IMG/VR virus record: IMGVR_UViG_3300027816_000062
Length of the DNA: 64,000 nucleotides
Source of the DNA: an uncultured virus (IMG/VR IMGVR_UViG_3300027816_000062)
Taxonomy: Duplodnaviria; Heunggongvirae; Uroviricota; Caudoviricetes
Strand: one strand, 5' to 3'
The translations under genes and the position numbers were made by a program. Shown here piece by piece: positions 15,662 through 26,325 of the stretch. Within the stretch, counting starts at the first letter, position 1. Every line of letters begins with the position of its first letter. The notes below the pieces were generated by a model. That model made no database searches and was not told the origin of the DNA. It saw nothing but the letters and a program-made list of their open reading frames with translations.

Positions 15662-18001
15662 TTACCCTGCGACGTAAGCCTTCCAATTAAAAGATGATGT
15701 TTTCTTTGCGATGTTTTGTCCGCCGAGGATAATTTTAATCTTATCTCTGAGTTCGCTCGGTGTTAATTCCAATGTCCCGTTTCTTGAAGCTTCAAGAAGT
15801 TTGTTTAAGGATTCTGATCGTCTTTGGTAGCTTATATCATTGTTGATTTTTGATTGGAACTGATTATATATTTCTCCCGCTGGGGATTCATTAAGGTTGT
15901 TGTATTGTCTTCTAATCGTGGCGATTTCTCTTCGCACATCTCTGACTTCTTGGCTTTCTCCTTGCTCTTGATAAAGCGCTTGATATTTTTCCTGAAGTGC
16001 TTTCATTGAGTCAAAAAGTTGATTTCGGTGTTGAATATAAGACCAAAGTGTTTCTCGATTATATCTATTGTCATCTGAAAATGTTACAGATGGCAAGAAG
16101 GCGTATTTCATCTTTAAATCTGTAAATGCAGACAATATATATGCTTCTATTGGATCAACGGGTTTAATTTGTGGAGCTTGATTGCTATCATTCACATAGT
16201 TTCTTGATTGACAATCTGGCTTTGTGCATCCTGATTGGAGATGGGCGATCATTGTGTGCATAGCGACTGCGCACGTTTTGTCATTTGCTGGGCATTTTTC
16301 CGAATTGTAAACAATGCCAAGTGCATCAAGCTGAGACATAAGCTTTCTTCTTGATGCTTCGAAAAGATCGTTTCTGCTTAAATGAAGTGCTTTGTTTCCA
16401 GTAATTTCAGCGACTGCTGTCTCCACCATTTTTTTCCATTCAGTTCTTAGTTTATATTTTTGTCCGACGGTTGTTTTAACGCCGCCTCGGAGTTCAACAT
16501 CCTGGCCGTCTTGGTTTGTGGTTGCAACAGACCCGTCAGGCATCGTCCACACTTCTCCTTCAGGGATTTCTAATTCTTTAGACGAGTCGAATCCAAAATA
16601 CTCACCAACAAAAACCACTTGTCTTTCAACAACGGGATGTCCTTCTTCATCCATGCCTACGAGGACATCACACGGAATTAAAAAGTCCACGACAAATACC
16701 TGCGAGTTTGTAGGGCACCCCTGTGGCACTGGTATTTCCAAGGGATATGACACTGCTTGCAAGCCAAATTCTTGTCTTAAAACCCCTACGATCAGTTTTT
16801 CTTGTGCTGATCTAAAATTTAAGCCCATGCTTTTATAATCAGGATCGGGTATGGCTTGTTGTTTGTATATGTTTTCTATCAAATGTTCATATCCGATTTC
16901 AGTCAGCAAAGATGCAAAAACTTGTTTTGATCTTCCGCAATAAGAACTCCACACCCAAAACAAAACTTTTTCAGGGTATGTATTAAAATCATCCATGCGC
17001 GATCCATCATTAAAAATGAGTCCAAGCCCATTTCCATCCATGAATCCTTCAAGAATATCTTTAAGCCTTTGTATATTTTCGGGATTGTTAAAAATCTCTG
17101 CAGTGTTGGCTTCTTTACCATCTTTAACAAAATAATCAGATGGTTTTCGCGGGAACTTTTCTTCTGAAAACCCAAGTTCTTTTAATACTGCGCCTTTGCT
17201 AAAGGGTTGCGGTGTTGGCCAAAGATTTCTTGCTTCTTGGCTTGTGTCAATGCCGCTCCATATAACACCCAAATTAGTTTTGTTTTTGTTGTTAATATCT
17301 ACATTGATTGATTTTATGATATTAAATACTGTTTTTTGATCTTCTGGGTTTGGAACTTTTTCGGTAAAGCCACCATGCCCCACATTATCATATGACTTGA
17401 TGCTTTCTGTCCACAAAAGATGTATGAATTCTACATCATCAATTTGATACTGTGATTGGAGTTGATTTCTTGCCGCAAGAATTCTTGTCCTAATTTGATT
17501 CAGCGCGTTGTCTCGGTCTTGCTGAATAAACTTGCGAACTTGCTCAAGATGTTCTGGCTTCTGAACACTCTTGAGCGCTTGAATATGTGATTCGTTTTTT
17601 CTTTGTGGCGGCAGAAATGATGCCAATTGAGGCACGTACTGTTGTTGAAATATTTCAACTGCTCTTGCGATAATTTCACCAACATCTCCATTGAAAGCTT
17701 CAAGAACATCAGCGGCTGCTTGCTGCTCTTTTATTAATAATTCAAATTGCTTTCTTTGATCTCTGACTTCTTCTGGCAGGCTATACAATATGCTCGTTGG
17801 CATATTGGGCATTACGATGGAATAAATTTGTTCAATTGTATATTTTCCTGTCGCAGCTAAATCGGCAATTTGCTGCTGAAGAAAAAGTTTTTTCTGTTCA
17901 GGCGTTTCCCCAGGCACATTGGACCAAGTAATGGCTTCTGCTATTACTTGCCTTCTGTGGTTATAGGATTTATTTTCAGCCCGAAACATTGAATGCCCCA
18001 T
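15662..18001 (-). CDS. Large hypothetical protein with central PD-(D/E)XK-like segment
   Basis: 779 aa; FRSAQE...VVDFLI...FVGEYFG resembles Vsr/homing-endonuclease-like cores. Confidence 0.7.
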   Translation of the reverse strand: MGHSMFRAENKSYNHRRQVIAEAITWSNVPGETPEQKKLFLQQQIADLAATGKYTIEQIYSIVMPNMPTSILYSLPEEVRDQRKQFELLIKEQQAAADVLEAFNGDVGEIIARAVEIFQQQYVPQLASFLPPQRKNESHIQALKSVQKPEHLEQVRKFIQQDRDNALNQIRTRILAARNQLQSQYQIDDVEFIHLLWTESIKSYDNVGHGGFTEKVPNPEDQKTVFNIIKSINVDINNKNKTNLGVIWSGIDTSQEARNLWPTPQPFSKGAVLKELGFSEEKFPRKPSDYFVKDGKEANTAEIFNNPENIQRLKDILEGFMDGNGLGLIFNDGSRMDDFNTYPEKVLFWVWSSYCGRSKQVFASLLTEIGYEHLIENIYKQQAIPDPDYKSMGLNFRSAQEKLIVGVLRQEFGLQAVSYPLEIPVPQGCPTNSQVFVVDFLIPCDVLVGMDEEGHPVVERQVVFVGEYFGFDSSKELEIPEGEVWTMPDGSVATTNQDGQDVELRGGVKTTVGQKYKLRTEWKKMVETAVAEITGNKALHLSRNDLFEASRRKLMSQLDALGIVYNSEKCPANDKTCAVAMHTMIAHLQSGCTKPDCQSRNYVNDSNQAPQIKPVDPIEAYILSAFTDLKMKYAFLPSVTFSDDNRYNRETLWSYIQHRNQLFDSMKALQEKYQALYQEQGESQEVRDVRREIATIRRQYNNLNESPAGEIYNQFQSKINNDISYQRRSESLNKLLEASRNGTLELTPSELRDKIKIILGGQNIAKKTSSFNWKAYVAG

Positions 18002-18052
18002 TTTATGTTACATTGTTTTGGGCTGAAAACCTGTTGTGTGTTTGAGAGATTC

Positions 18053-18646
18053 TTACACTGATCGGGCAAACTCAGCAACTATTTCGAAAGACTCCACTAG
18101 AGTGTTCCAATTTTTTCCATTCCAGGCTGCCGAAGAGTCATCGTCTTTGTGATTCAGTTCGTGAAGAATTTTTGATCGCAGGGCACATACTGATATGTTG
18201 AAAAAGTGTGCGTCTGCGAGGAACTCTGGGCCGAGCTTTTCTACATGAAAATTATTATTTTTTCGACCTGTGCCATAAACTTCTCGGAAAAGAATTAGCC
18301 CAAGCAGTGCATAATTGGCCAAATCGATTAGAGTGTCTGTGACTTTTTCATCATCCACTTCAAACTTTCCACGATTGATAAAGCTCGTGATGCGCTGTTT
18401 TTTGTCGCTCATGCGCAGAAGCACGGCCTTCCAAGCAGGAATTCCCAGGTGTTCGGAACCGCGCAGGTTGCCCATCGGCTTTCCGTTAGAGGCATAGTCC
18501 TGGTCTTTTGCCTCGTATGTTTTGAGCATATCTTCCGTTATTTTGTTTGCCAATGCAGAAAACTGGGAGTCTGGCGTTCCGTAAAAAGAAGAAACATGAT
18601 TACAAAGTTCTTGCAATAAGGAGTCGAATTCTGGGTTTCTTGACAT
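18053..18646 (-). CDS. DUF1599/Nmad1-like (nucleotide-modification-associated) protein
   Basis: KDQDYA...N....LG...AVLLRMSDK..RI...EKVTDTLIDLANYALL. Confidence 0.75.
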   Translation of the reverse strand: MSRNPEFDSLLQELCNHVSSFYGTPDSQFSALANKITEDMLKTYEAKDQDYASNGKPMGNLRGSEHLGIPAWKAVLLRMSDKKQRITSFINRGKFEVDDEKVTDTLIDLANYALLGLILFREVYGTGRKNNNFHVEKLGPEFLADAHFFNISVCALRSKILHELNHKDDDSSAAWNGKNWNTLVESFEIVAEFARSV

Positions 18647-18774
18647 AATGTTACCTTTTCAGCTTTCGCTGATTATTTTTTTTGTTACAATTTTATTGTC
18701 TAATTTTAAGGCCTTTTTTCAAAGAAACAAGAAATTAATCTTTGATGCACAATGAATGTGCCATCAAAGAGGTT

Positions 18775-19617
18775 ATGATGAAAACACTCGTTCGCCTCAG
18801 TCTAGCAGTGTTGCTAGCATGTTTTATTCCTGTGCTGGGGTATTCGTCCACTCCAAGGGGTGTTATTTATTTTCTTAACGTTCCAGAAACTATTAAAAAG
18901 CCTGGTGTTTTAATGAGCCAAAAAATCAATCCCTTGGAACGATCAAGGATTTTTTGGCATTATAAAAATGCCACGGGGCGAAGCCAGCTGTTTGAATTGT
19001 CGGCTGATGGCATTGCCAAGCATTACAGGGCTGGATTTCATGTTTCTTCTGTTCCAGCAAACGCGGGAACAGAAGGCATGATGAATTTTCAACGATTTCT
19101 GCCATCAATCACTGGACAAAGAATTAGTATAAAAGCCTGGGTGCCGTCAGGGTATACAATTTCAGGAGTTGCCGAAGGTGTATGGGACAAGGCGTCCAAT
19201 CTTGTGGCAAAATTGGGCGCTGGCCCCGAAGTTGACGGCATTGCGAAGATTATTAGTCAACATCTTTTTTTGGAAGAAAAAATTATTTTTAGCGCCGCGC
19301 AACAAGGTGTGTTTAGAGTGGGCGAAAGCAGGCCAGGGCACATACCTGGTAATTATGGTTCCACGATAAGACTTTGGGCCAGATATTATGGTCCAATACG
19401 AAAAAAGGCCAGGATATCTTTTAGCCCTCGTGGCGGAAATGCTGTTTTAATTTACAGACTTGACGGCAGGCTTGTGCGCACGTCGAAGGCCAGGGCCAAA
19501 TCAGATTATTTTCTTTTTTACAAATGGCTCAATCCAGATGAATCTTTTTATATTGATGTGTACCCGATAGGTGGCTTTAATTATCCATTAGAACTTCGCG
19601 TTCGTGTGGCCAATTAA
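18775..19617 (+). CDS. Secreted hypothetical protein
   Basis: N-terminal signal peptide MKTLVRLSLAVLLACFIPVLGYS. Confidence 0.7.
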   Translation: MMKTLVRLSLAVLLACFIPVLGYSSTPRGVIYFLNVPETIKKPGVLMSQKINPLERSRIFWHYKNATGRSQLFELSADGIAKHYRAGFHVSSVPANAGTEGMMNFQRFLPSITGQRISIKAWVPSGYTISGVAEGVWDKASNLVAKLGAGPEVDGIAKIISQHLFLEEKIIFSAAQQGVFRVGESRPGHIPGNYGSTIRLWARYYGPIRKKARISFSPRGGNAVLIYRLDGRLVRTSKARAKSDYFLFYKWLNPDESFYIDVYPIGGFNYPLELRVRVAN

Positions 19618-19652
19618 ATTTTGTATAAATTACAAACCACTGGTGCAAAAAC

Positions 19653-20534
19653 ATGAGCTATAACCTGAATCGCGGCAAAGAACTGTTCGAAAACAAAATT
19701 AATGAAATTTCTTGTCTCATTAATGATGAAAATAAAGACAAATTTTATTTTCTTGCTAATCATTTTAGCTCCAACGTGGGTGTAATGCAAGAAGGCAGTC
19801 TGGGTGGCGAATCCTTTACCCCTTCTTACTCTAGGCTTGCCACAAGTATAGCAGGTGCTGCACAATCTGGGATAGCTGACGAAGCTGCCCTTATAGAAGA
19901 TGTCATGAGCAAATATTCCTCTGGCGGATGCGAGCATTATGATGTAAAGCGTACAAAAACCGTTAGCACACAACTGCAAATTGAAAATCAAATCGTCAAC
20001 AACGCTGCTCACGAGGAATTATCAGAGCATGGTGTTCAAAAGAAAACCTGGACAGAAGTTGTTATTGTCCGCGATGAAAACGGGGATATAATTTATGATG
20101 AAAACGGAGTTGTGAAAACAGACGTTATTGAAGTTTCAAATACCACGACTGTTTACACCATTGATGACGATGGTAATACAATCGAAGAAGAAATTTTGCT
20201 TGATGACATTGATTTGATGGAAGACTTTGATGAATCTGATATGACCACCGAAGGATTGCGATCCGCAGGTTTAATTGCCAGCGATCATGACACTCTCACT
20301 GGACACGACGCGGTTCGGACGGGCATTAAGGAAAGATTGCCTCTTGGGCAAATTGTAGCTGACGAAAATATTGGATGGAAAATTATTTGTCCATTTACAG
20401 GCAGCTCCGATGTTTACCAAATTAGAACTGACACATACGCAAGTTACTTAACCGATCAGCCTTTTAGAATTGACTTGTCCTTGGCTGATAACTTAAGTTC
20501 AGAAAACCCCTCTGATGACATTATATTGGAGTGA
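19653..20534 (+). CDS. Acidic hypothetical protein
   Basis: 293-aa ORF. Confidence 0.75.
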   Translation: MSYNLNRGKELFENKINEISCLINDENKDKFYFLANHFSSNVGVMQEGSLGGESFTPSYSRLATSIAGAAQSGIADEAALIEDVMSKYSSGGCEHYDVKRTKTVSTQLQIENQIVNNAAHEELSEHGVQKKTWTEVVIVRDENGDIIYDENGVVKTDVIEVSNTTTVYTIDDDGNTIEEEILLDDIDLMEDFDESDMTTEGLRSAGLIASDHDTLTGHDAVRTGIKERLPLGQIVADENIGWKIICPFTGSSDVYQIRTDTYASYLTDQPFRIDLSLADNLSSENPSDDIILE

Positions 20535-20566
20535 ACTGCCCCGCCCACAAGGGGCAGAGCTTACCC
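20533..20566. mobile_element. Possible IS200/IS605-type end hairpin remnant
   Basis: GAACTGCCCCGCCCACAAGGGGCAGAGCTT resembles the subterminal hairpin of IS200/IS605 elements; no transposase nearby. Confidence 0.3.
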
Positions 20567-20646
20567 TTTCACTCCTATAAGGCCCAATCCAAGAAATTTT
20601 CATTTAGATGGCATCGTATAATAACTGAGGTAAAAAAAATACTTTA

Positions 20647-21189
20647 ATGAAAAACACGATGTGGCTAATTGGAGTTGGCCTTTTAATTTTTTCGGCACTA
20701 ATTGGATTCGCCTTGCATACAAGCTATAACAATAAGTATAACACGTTGGAATCTGAAGCTCGCGCAAGGCAAGAAGTCAGCAAGGTGACATTTGACAACA
20801 CTTGGAAGATTATTTCTTCTCAAGCCAAGGTCGCCGAGCGCGACCGAGAGTCATTCCAATCTACTTATGTATCAATTATGAATGCCAGAAGCCAATCAGA
20901 AGGTGATTTGTTAATGAAGTGGAGTCAGGAGGCTCAGGTTCCCATCACTCCCGATCTCTACAAGACTCTTCAGCAATCCATTGAAAGTCAGCGAAACACA
21001 TTCACAACTGCTCAAAAGCAATTGATTGATATTCGCCGCGAAGCTGAAACAATGAAGCGCAATTTCCCTGGCAGTGTGTTTTTGAGTAGTCGAAAGGACA
21101 TTCAAATTCAGGTTGTAACAAGTGATGTAACTGATGCCGCGTTTGCATCTGGTCAAGAAAATCAAGTTGACCCATTTCTGTCTAATTAA
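20647..21189 (+). CDS. Membrane-anchored LemA-like protein
   Basis: N-terminal TM helix, coiled helices, IESQRNTF...FPGSVFL. Confidence 0.7.
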   Translation: MKNTMWLIGVGLLIFSALIGFALHTSYNNKYNTLESEARARQEVSKVTFDNTWKIISSQAKVAERDRESFQSTYVSIMNARSQSEGDLLMKWSQEAQVPITPDLYKTLQQSIESQRNTFTTAQKQLIDIRREAETMKRNFPGSVFLSSRKDIQIQVVTSDVTDAAFASGQENQVDPFLSN

Positions 21190-21195
21190 AATTTA

Positions 21196-22362
21196 ATGAT
21201 TATTTGGTTTGCTCTTATAATTCCTGTGCTTACTGTATTTGCAATGGCGTACATGTGGCGGCACAAAATCACATGGGCTGAAATGTTTTTGCCAATAGGT
21301 GTGAGCATTTTGCTTATCGGATGCAGTAAGTTTTTTTCTGAGATGTATCAGACTCGTGACATTGAGTATTGGAATAGCTATATTGTTCGCGCAACTTATT
21401 ATGAAGATTGGAATGAGAAAGTAAACTGTAGACATCCCAAATACAGGACAGAGACACGTACTCAAACGTACACAGATTCTTCTGGCCGAATAAGAACGCG
21501 AACTTACACGGAGCAGGTTTTTGATGGCTATATGCATGCATATGACGTTGATTACCACCCGCCTCGATGGATTGCTTATACGAACATTGATGAAGAGATT
21601 TCTATTTCATCCCAAGCTTGGTCAAAGTATGCTGAAATCTTTGGTAATCAAAGTTTCAGAGAATTAAATAGAAACTTTTTCACCAAAGATGGGAACGCCC
21701 ATGATACATTCTGGGACAACAAGTTTGAAACACTACAGCATGTTGTAACAAAGCACAGTTATGAAAACAGAGTTCAGGCGTCTAATTCTATTTTTAATTA
21801 TCGCGACTTAACTAAAGAGGAAAAATCACTTGTTTATGATTACCCTCGGGGTGGATATTTTGACACTCCTTCTGTGTTGCCAGTAGGATGGTCGGGGTCC
21901 AATCACATTGACAAAATGAACGCGCTTATTGGCAGTGATGAAGAAATAAGAGTGTGGATTTTAATTTTCCGCGATCAAAATCGAGAAGTGGCCAAACTAC
22001 AAGAGGCTCACTGGAAGGGTGGCAATAAAAATGAATTAGTAATTTGTGTTGGTGTCACAGGTCAGAATGATGTTCAGTGGGCTGAGGTTTTTAGTTGGAC
22101 AAAGAAAGAAGATTTAAAAATAAGCATTAGAGACTACATTCAAGATCAAAAGCAGTTAAACTTGATTACATTGCGCCCTTGGCTTACTTCTGAAATACAG
22201 TCCAAGTGGGAACGCAGAGATTTTCAGGAGTTTAGCTATCTGGAGGTTTCCCCGCCAAGTTGGTTTATTATTTTGGTTTACATCTTAACTCTAATTGCAA
22301 GCATTGGCTCTGCAGTTTATGTTATCAAAAATGAAATAAACCCACAAAACGACGAAGAATAA
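21196..22362 (+). CDS. Membrane protein (two N-terminal and one C-terminal TM helices)
   Basis: Hydrophobic segments; WKGGNKNEL motif; paired with the upstream LemA-like gene. Confidence 0.75.
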   Translation: MIIWFALIIPVLTVFAMAYMWRHKITWAEMFLPIGVSILLIGCSKFFSEMYQTRDIEYWNSYIVRATYYEDWNEKVNCRHPKYRTETRTQTYTDSSGRIRTRTYTEQVFDGYMHAYDVDYHPPRWIAYTNIDEEISISSQAWSKYAEIFGNQSFRELNRNFFTKDGNAHDTFWDNKFETLQHVVTKHSYENRVQASNSIFNYRDLTKEEKSLVYDYPRGGYFDTPSVLPVGWSGSNHIDKMNALIGSDEEIRVWILIFRDQNREVAKLQEAHWKGGNKNELVICVGVTGQNDVQWAEVFSWTKKEDLKISIRDYIQDQKQLNLITLRPWLTSEIQSKWERRDFQEFSYLEVSPPSWFIILVYILTLIASIGSAVYVIKNEINPQNDEE

Positions 22363-22363
22363 A

Positions 22364-22675
22364 TTATTCTTCTTCGTCGTTTTCATCTTCTTCATCGTCT
22401 TCTATATCTTCGTCGTCTTCAAACGCGGCTGCATAAATTGGAGAATTATGTTGGTATAGAAAATCGATTTTTTCTTCGATTTCGCCAAGTCTGTCACTAA
22501 TGCTTTTGAGGATGTCCTTGATTTCCAAGCTGTTTCGACTTGATGAGGCGAGTGTTCCTGCCGCGATTTCAACAACATCATTGAGAGTTGCTTTGTTTTC
22601 CTCGGCGGCTTGAATAATTTCATTAAGTCTTGATGGCCTCATGGATTTGCTTGGATTTGTTTCTACCTGCTTCAT
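22364..22675 (-). CDS. Hypothetical protein with acidic tail
   Basis: ORF in a minus-strand cluster. Confidence 0.7.
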   Translation of the reverse strand: MKQVETNPSKSMRPSRLNEIIQAAEENKATLNDVVEIAAGTLASSSRNSLEIKDILKSISDRLGEIEEKIDFLYQHNSPIYAAAFEDDEDIEDDEEDENDEEE

Positions 22676-22688
22676 AGTTTGCTTCCGT

Positions 22689-23084
22689 TTAAAGATCGGG
22701 TCCGATGCTCACTTGGAAATCGCCCAATTGTTGTGTTATTGTATTGTTATTATTGTTTGTTTCAGATAAATTCTGTTGTGCTTGTTGTTGCTCAAGTACA
22801 TATTGCCCTTGATCCATGTTATTGTCGCCATCGTTGTTAATTTGTTGACTTGGCACCTGATCGCCCATTGATTCCTCAATCTGCTTTAGCCTTTCGTTTA
22901 GTTGATTGACGCTAAACATAAGAGTTTGAACTTGTTTTTGCAATGGATTCGCCATGAGTTGCGCCAATTTTACGTTTAATTGGTCGGCCTGATCGGCAAA
23001 ATTGGGATATCCAAGGTGATCAAACCGTTTTGCTATTTTTACTAAATCACGATTAATCCGAATAAAGTTTCTCATTGTTTTCAT
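22689..23084 (-). CDS. Q/N-rich hypothetical protein with shared helical N-terminal motif
   Basis: LVKIAKRFDHLGYPNFADQADQLNVKLAQ. Confidence 0.75.
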   Translation of the reverse strand: MKTMRNFIRINRDLVKIAKRFDHLGYPNFADQADQLNVKLAQLMANPLQKQVQTLMFSVNQLNERLKQIEESMGDQVPSQQINNDGDNNMDQGQYVLEQQQAQQNLSETNNNNNTITQQLGDFQVSIGPDL

Positions 23085-23326
23085 CTGCCCCGAATAGAAA
23101 TTCTAGGAAAACCTGAGCCGTTGTCGTCCGAGGGCGCATTGCCAACCAAAGAAATAATTTGATCAATTTTTAATCTAGCCTCTTGGGTTTCATCAGCATC
23201 AACAACAATGTCCGTGATTTTTGCTCTTAATTCATAAAGCTCTGAAAGCAGCATTTGTTGATCCAGTCGAATAAACACCATGTGATTATTTTCCATTATC
23301 CTAAACCTGTGCCCTGTATAATTCAA
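23081..23326 (-). CDS. Hypothetical protein
   Basis: ATGA overlap with the downstream gene; start uncertain. Confidence 0.6.
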   Translation of the reverse strand: MNYTGHRFRIMENNHMVFIRLDQQMLLSELYELRAKITDIVVDADETQEARLKIDQIISLVGNAPSDDNGSGFPRISIRGR

Positions 23327-23328
23327 AT

Positions 23329-23853
23329 ATGTCGCTGAAAATTAAGCCTGGGGCGATACAAAAACTTCCAGAAAACAGATTTGTTTCTTGTTTATTGATG
23401 AGTGACTGCATAAGCCCAGGTAAATTCTTTGTTAATAAGGATGTTCTTAGAAAGTCGGTCATTGTTGGCGGCGAATGTCCTGTTTATTACAACGAAGCCA
23501 TAGCTGGGTTGTTAAATAGTTTGGTTTTTGGTTTTAAAGACAACTGTCTTTATGGCTATGGAACTCTTCGGGACATTGATGAAGACATTGAAAATTCAAT
23601 AGTGCTTCCAGAATTTGATATTGTTGGTGTAGAATGTATTGTTTGCAAAAGGCTATTTAACAACGTTTCTGAAATTCCGTGTGGTTGCATTGGTTTGTCT
23701 CCGTGTTTAATTTTGCCCAAGGTTTGTATTCGTGGTGTGCATATTTACTCCGAATGGAACGAAGAAATACCCAGGTCTGGAATGATAAGTGAACACCTGT
23801 TGAGGCAGTTTCCTGTTGTTGTGGATTATATTCAAATCGTTGATCCTATTTAA
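23329..23853 (+). CDS. Cys-rich hypothetical protein
   Basis: CIVC...CGC; first gene of the plus-strand replication cluster. Confidence 0.6.
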   Translation: MSLKIKPGAIQKLPENRFVSCLLMSDCISPGKFFVNKDVLRKSVIVGGECPVYYNEAIAGLLNSLVFGFKDNCLYGYGTLRDIDEDIENSIVLPEFDIVGVECIVCKRLFNNVSEIPCGCIGLSPCLILPKVCIRGVHIYSEWNEEIPRSGMISEHLLRQFPVVVDYIQIVDPI

Positions 23854-23867
23854 GACGCCATTAAATT

Positions 23868-25052
23868 ATGAAAAAAACTACAAAAAAAGAAGTTACTGAA
23901 GCAAGTGAATCACGGTATATTACCCGTGTTCACATTGAAAATTTTCAGGACCATACTGATACTGTTATCAATCTTGAAAAGGGCATAAATCTGATAACTG
24001 GAAGTTCAGACGCGGGCAAATCAGCGGCCTTAAGAGCCATTAATTTTGTGCTTCATAATCAGCCCCGAGGCGATGCGTTTGTCCAGCTGGGATCAAATGA
24101 AACCAGGGTGGCGATAGAGTTTTCTGATGGAACAGTGGCTCAGAGAATCAAGGGCAAAAGTCGAAACGCAATTGTTATTAATAATCCCAAGTGGGCCGAG
24201 CCAATAGCAAAAGATAATTTTGGCAACGAATACCCAGAAGACGTTATTAAAGCCTTGGGCAATCCGCCAGTAGACAAGGAGCAGGGGCCTATATCATATG
24301 CCGATCAGATGTCTCCATTATTCCTTGTAAGCCTTAGTTCCACAGAGCTTCCAAGATGTCTTTCGAGACTAACTGGCATTGACGATTTTGAAGAAGCTGC
24401 AAAAATATTAAGCTCACAATCAAAAGACGCTGCAAAGCGAGCAAAAGAGAATGAAATAAGAATTAACCGCATTAATGAAGAACTTGATGATTACAAGAAT
24501 ATAGAAAACCAGATTTGTCAAATTGAATTTATTGATCGATTGGCCACACAGGTTTCTTCTTCTATGTCGGGCATCTCTGAGGCACAAGCGTTAATTTCTC
24601 AAAACGAGTTAATTATGAGCCAGGGCAAAACGGCATTCTTGGCTTTGCAGGCGGCAAAAAATGTTCATGACATTGGAAAAGAATTTAGTCCAATTGAAGA
24701 AAAAATTGACAATTTAAACACTGGGCTTAGTCTTCTGAAAACACTGGAGTCTATTGAAGAGGACGCAACTGAGCACAAAATTCGTATTGAAGAATTTAGC
24801 GCTATTTTAGATCACAAAAAAGAATTTGACAGTCTGGAAAAACAGATTAGCAGCATTTCATTGGGGCATGAAATGCTGAAAGAAAATGAAGATTTGCTTC
24901 AAAATGAGCAGAATTTAAATAATGAAATTAGAATTTGGACTCAAGAAATGAATTCAGCTAACAAAGAATATTCAGAATTGATTAAGGAAATGATGAGTCT
25001 AGGCGCATGGTGCGAGGCTTGTTCGCGCCCATTAGTCTTGGAGGATAAATAA
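23868..25052 (+). CDS. sbcC: SbcC/Rad50-like ATPase, N-terminal half
   Basis: IENFQ, Walker A GSSDAGKS, Q-loop, coiled coil ending in Zn-hook CEAC. Confidence 0.88.
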   Translation: MKKTTKKEVTEASESRYITRVHIENFQDHTDTVINLEKGINLITGSSDAGKSAALRAINFVLHNQPRGDAFVQLGSNETRVAIEFSDGTVAQRIKGKSRNAIVINNPKWAEPIAKDNFGNEYPEDVIKALGNPPVDKEQGPISYADQMSPLFLVSLSSTELPRCLSRLTGIDDFEEAAKILSSQSKDAAKRAKENEIRINRINEELDDYKNIENQICQIEFIDRLATQVSSSMSGISEAQALISQNELIMSQGKTAFLALQAAKNVHDIGKEFSPIEEKIDNLNTGLSLLKTLESIEEDATEHKIRIEEFSAILDHKKEFDSLEKQISSISLGHEMLKENEDLLQNEQNLNNEIRIWTQEMNSANKEYSELIKEMMSLGAWCEACSRPLVLEDK

Positions 25053-26018
25053 ATGGGATTAAAAGTGCTTTTTATGGGAGATAATCATTGTGATAGTTTG
25101 CAGCCTCCCTGGAGAACAGATAACTATTGCTTAACAACTTCTCAGGAACTTCTTGAGTCTCTTGAGATTGCTCGGGACAATTCATGCGATGCATTTGTTT
25201 TATTGGGTGATGTATTTAACAGAGCAGAAGTTGGCGGTGAATGCCGCAATTTGGTATTAAAAACGTTAAAGAAGGGCAACAATGGCGATGGTTGGCCATT
25301 CCCCATTTATGTTGTCGTCGGGAACCATGACATCGCACATGACCCATCTAATCTTGGAAAATCGGCTTTAGGCACTATGATTGATGCTGATTTGCTGATT
25401 AAAACAGACTATGATGATGATTTAGGTATTGCATTTGGCCACTTTGTTCCTCATAACACAAAGTTAATTAAAGAGGGAGAGTTGATGAAAGAGCCCGCTT
25501 TGATCTGGGCCGTACATGCCTCGGTTACAACACGGAGCATTCATGGTGATTTCGTTTTATTTGAAGACGTGCCGCTTGCAAAGAAAACGAAATTGCTAAT
25601 TGCGGGACACGTTCATTTTCCAATGGATCAAGTGCGCAAAGATGGCAAGCGTTTTATTAATCCTGGTAATGTTGGTAGGTATGATGCCACAAAAGACAAT
25701 ATCAATCGGGAGATTAATGTTTTATTAGTTGATTACGAACGGGATGGTTCACGTATAGACACACAGCTTATACCACTTAAAACATGCCTTCCAGGGAAAG
25801 ACATTTTCAAAATCGATAAAATACAGAAAAAGAAAGACAAAAAAGCAGAAGAAATGCAATTTATCAAGCAAACTGGTAAGCTTTCTGGTTGGGTAAATGT
25901 TTCATCTGGTGATAAATATGTCACTTTGCGCCAATCGGGCAAAATTAAAAAACTTGATGTTCGAGTTGTTGACAAGGCCGTGGAAACATTGCGTGAAGTT
26001 AATGACAAGCGAAAATAA
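25053..26018 (+). CDS. sbcD: SbcD/Mre11-like metallophosphoesterase nuclease
   Basis: GDNH, LGDVF, GNHD, GHVH, NPG motifs. Confidence 0.88.
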   Translation: MGLKVLFMGDNHCDSLQPPWRTDNYCLTTSQELLESLEIARDNSCDAFVLLGDVFNRAEVGGECRNLVLKTLKKGNNGDGWPFPIYVVVGNHDIAHDPSNLGKSALGTMIDADLLIKTDYDDDLGIAFGHFVPHNTKLIKEGELMKEPALIWAVHASVTTRSIHGDFVLFEDVPLAKKTKLLIAGHVHFPMDQVRKDGKRFINPGNVGRYDATKDNINREINVLLVDYERDGSRIDTQLIPLKTCLPGKDIFKIDKIQKKKDKKAEEMQFIKQTGKLSGWVNVSSGDKYVTLRQSGKIKKLDVRVVDKAVETLREVNDKRK

Positions 26019-26031
26019 ATGACACAAATAT

Positions 26032-26045
26032 ACTAATATAAAAAA
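26032..26045 (+). promoter_or_regulatory. Second promoter-like motif ACTAATATAAAAA
   Basis: Identical 13-mer at 26032, 38153 and 48867 upstream of genes; variants at 12776-12789(-) and 46036. Confidence 0.55.
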
Positions 26046-26046
26046 C

Positions 26047-26325
26047 ATGAACGACAGCAAAATCAAAGATATTATCAATCGCAGCGAGGCTTTAAAACAA
26101 AAGTTTGCCTCTGCTGAGACAGAAATAAAGATTCGAACGCGGCAATTAGACGAACTTACCCCTAAGAAAAAAGATATTGACCGAAGGTGTAAGGAAAATT
26201 TTGGATGTAAAATTTCTGAATTGCCTAGCAAGCTTGAGGAAATTACTAAGCAAATAGAATCGGATATTGCAATAATTGAATCAAAACTAGAGGAAGCAAA
26301 TCAATCCGAAGAGCAAGGTGATTAA
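26047..26325 (+). CDS. Small coiled-coil protein
   Basis: 92 aa, TAATG-coupled to the SbcC C-terminal half. Confidence 0.75.
   Translation: MNDSKIKDIINRSEALKQKFASAETEIKIRTRQLDELTPKKKDIDRRCKENFGCKISELPSKLEEITKQIESDIAIIESKLEEANQSEEQGD

Noticed and set aside
23329..23853. Prohead protease
   Set aside because: Only a CxxC...C resemblance; catalytic His/Ser not evident
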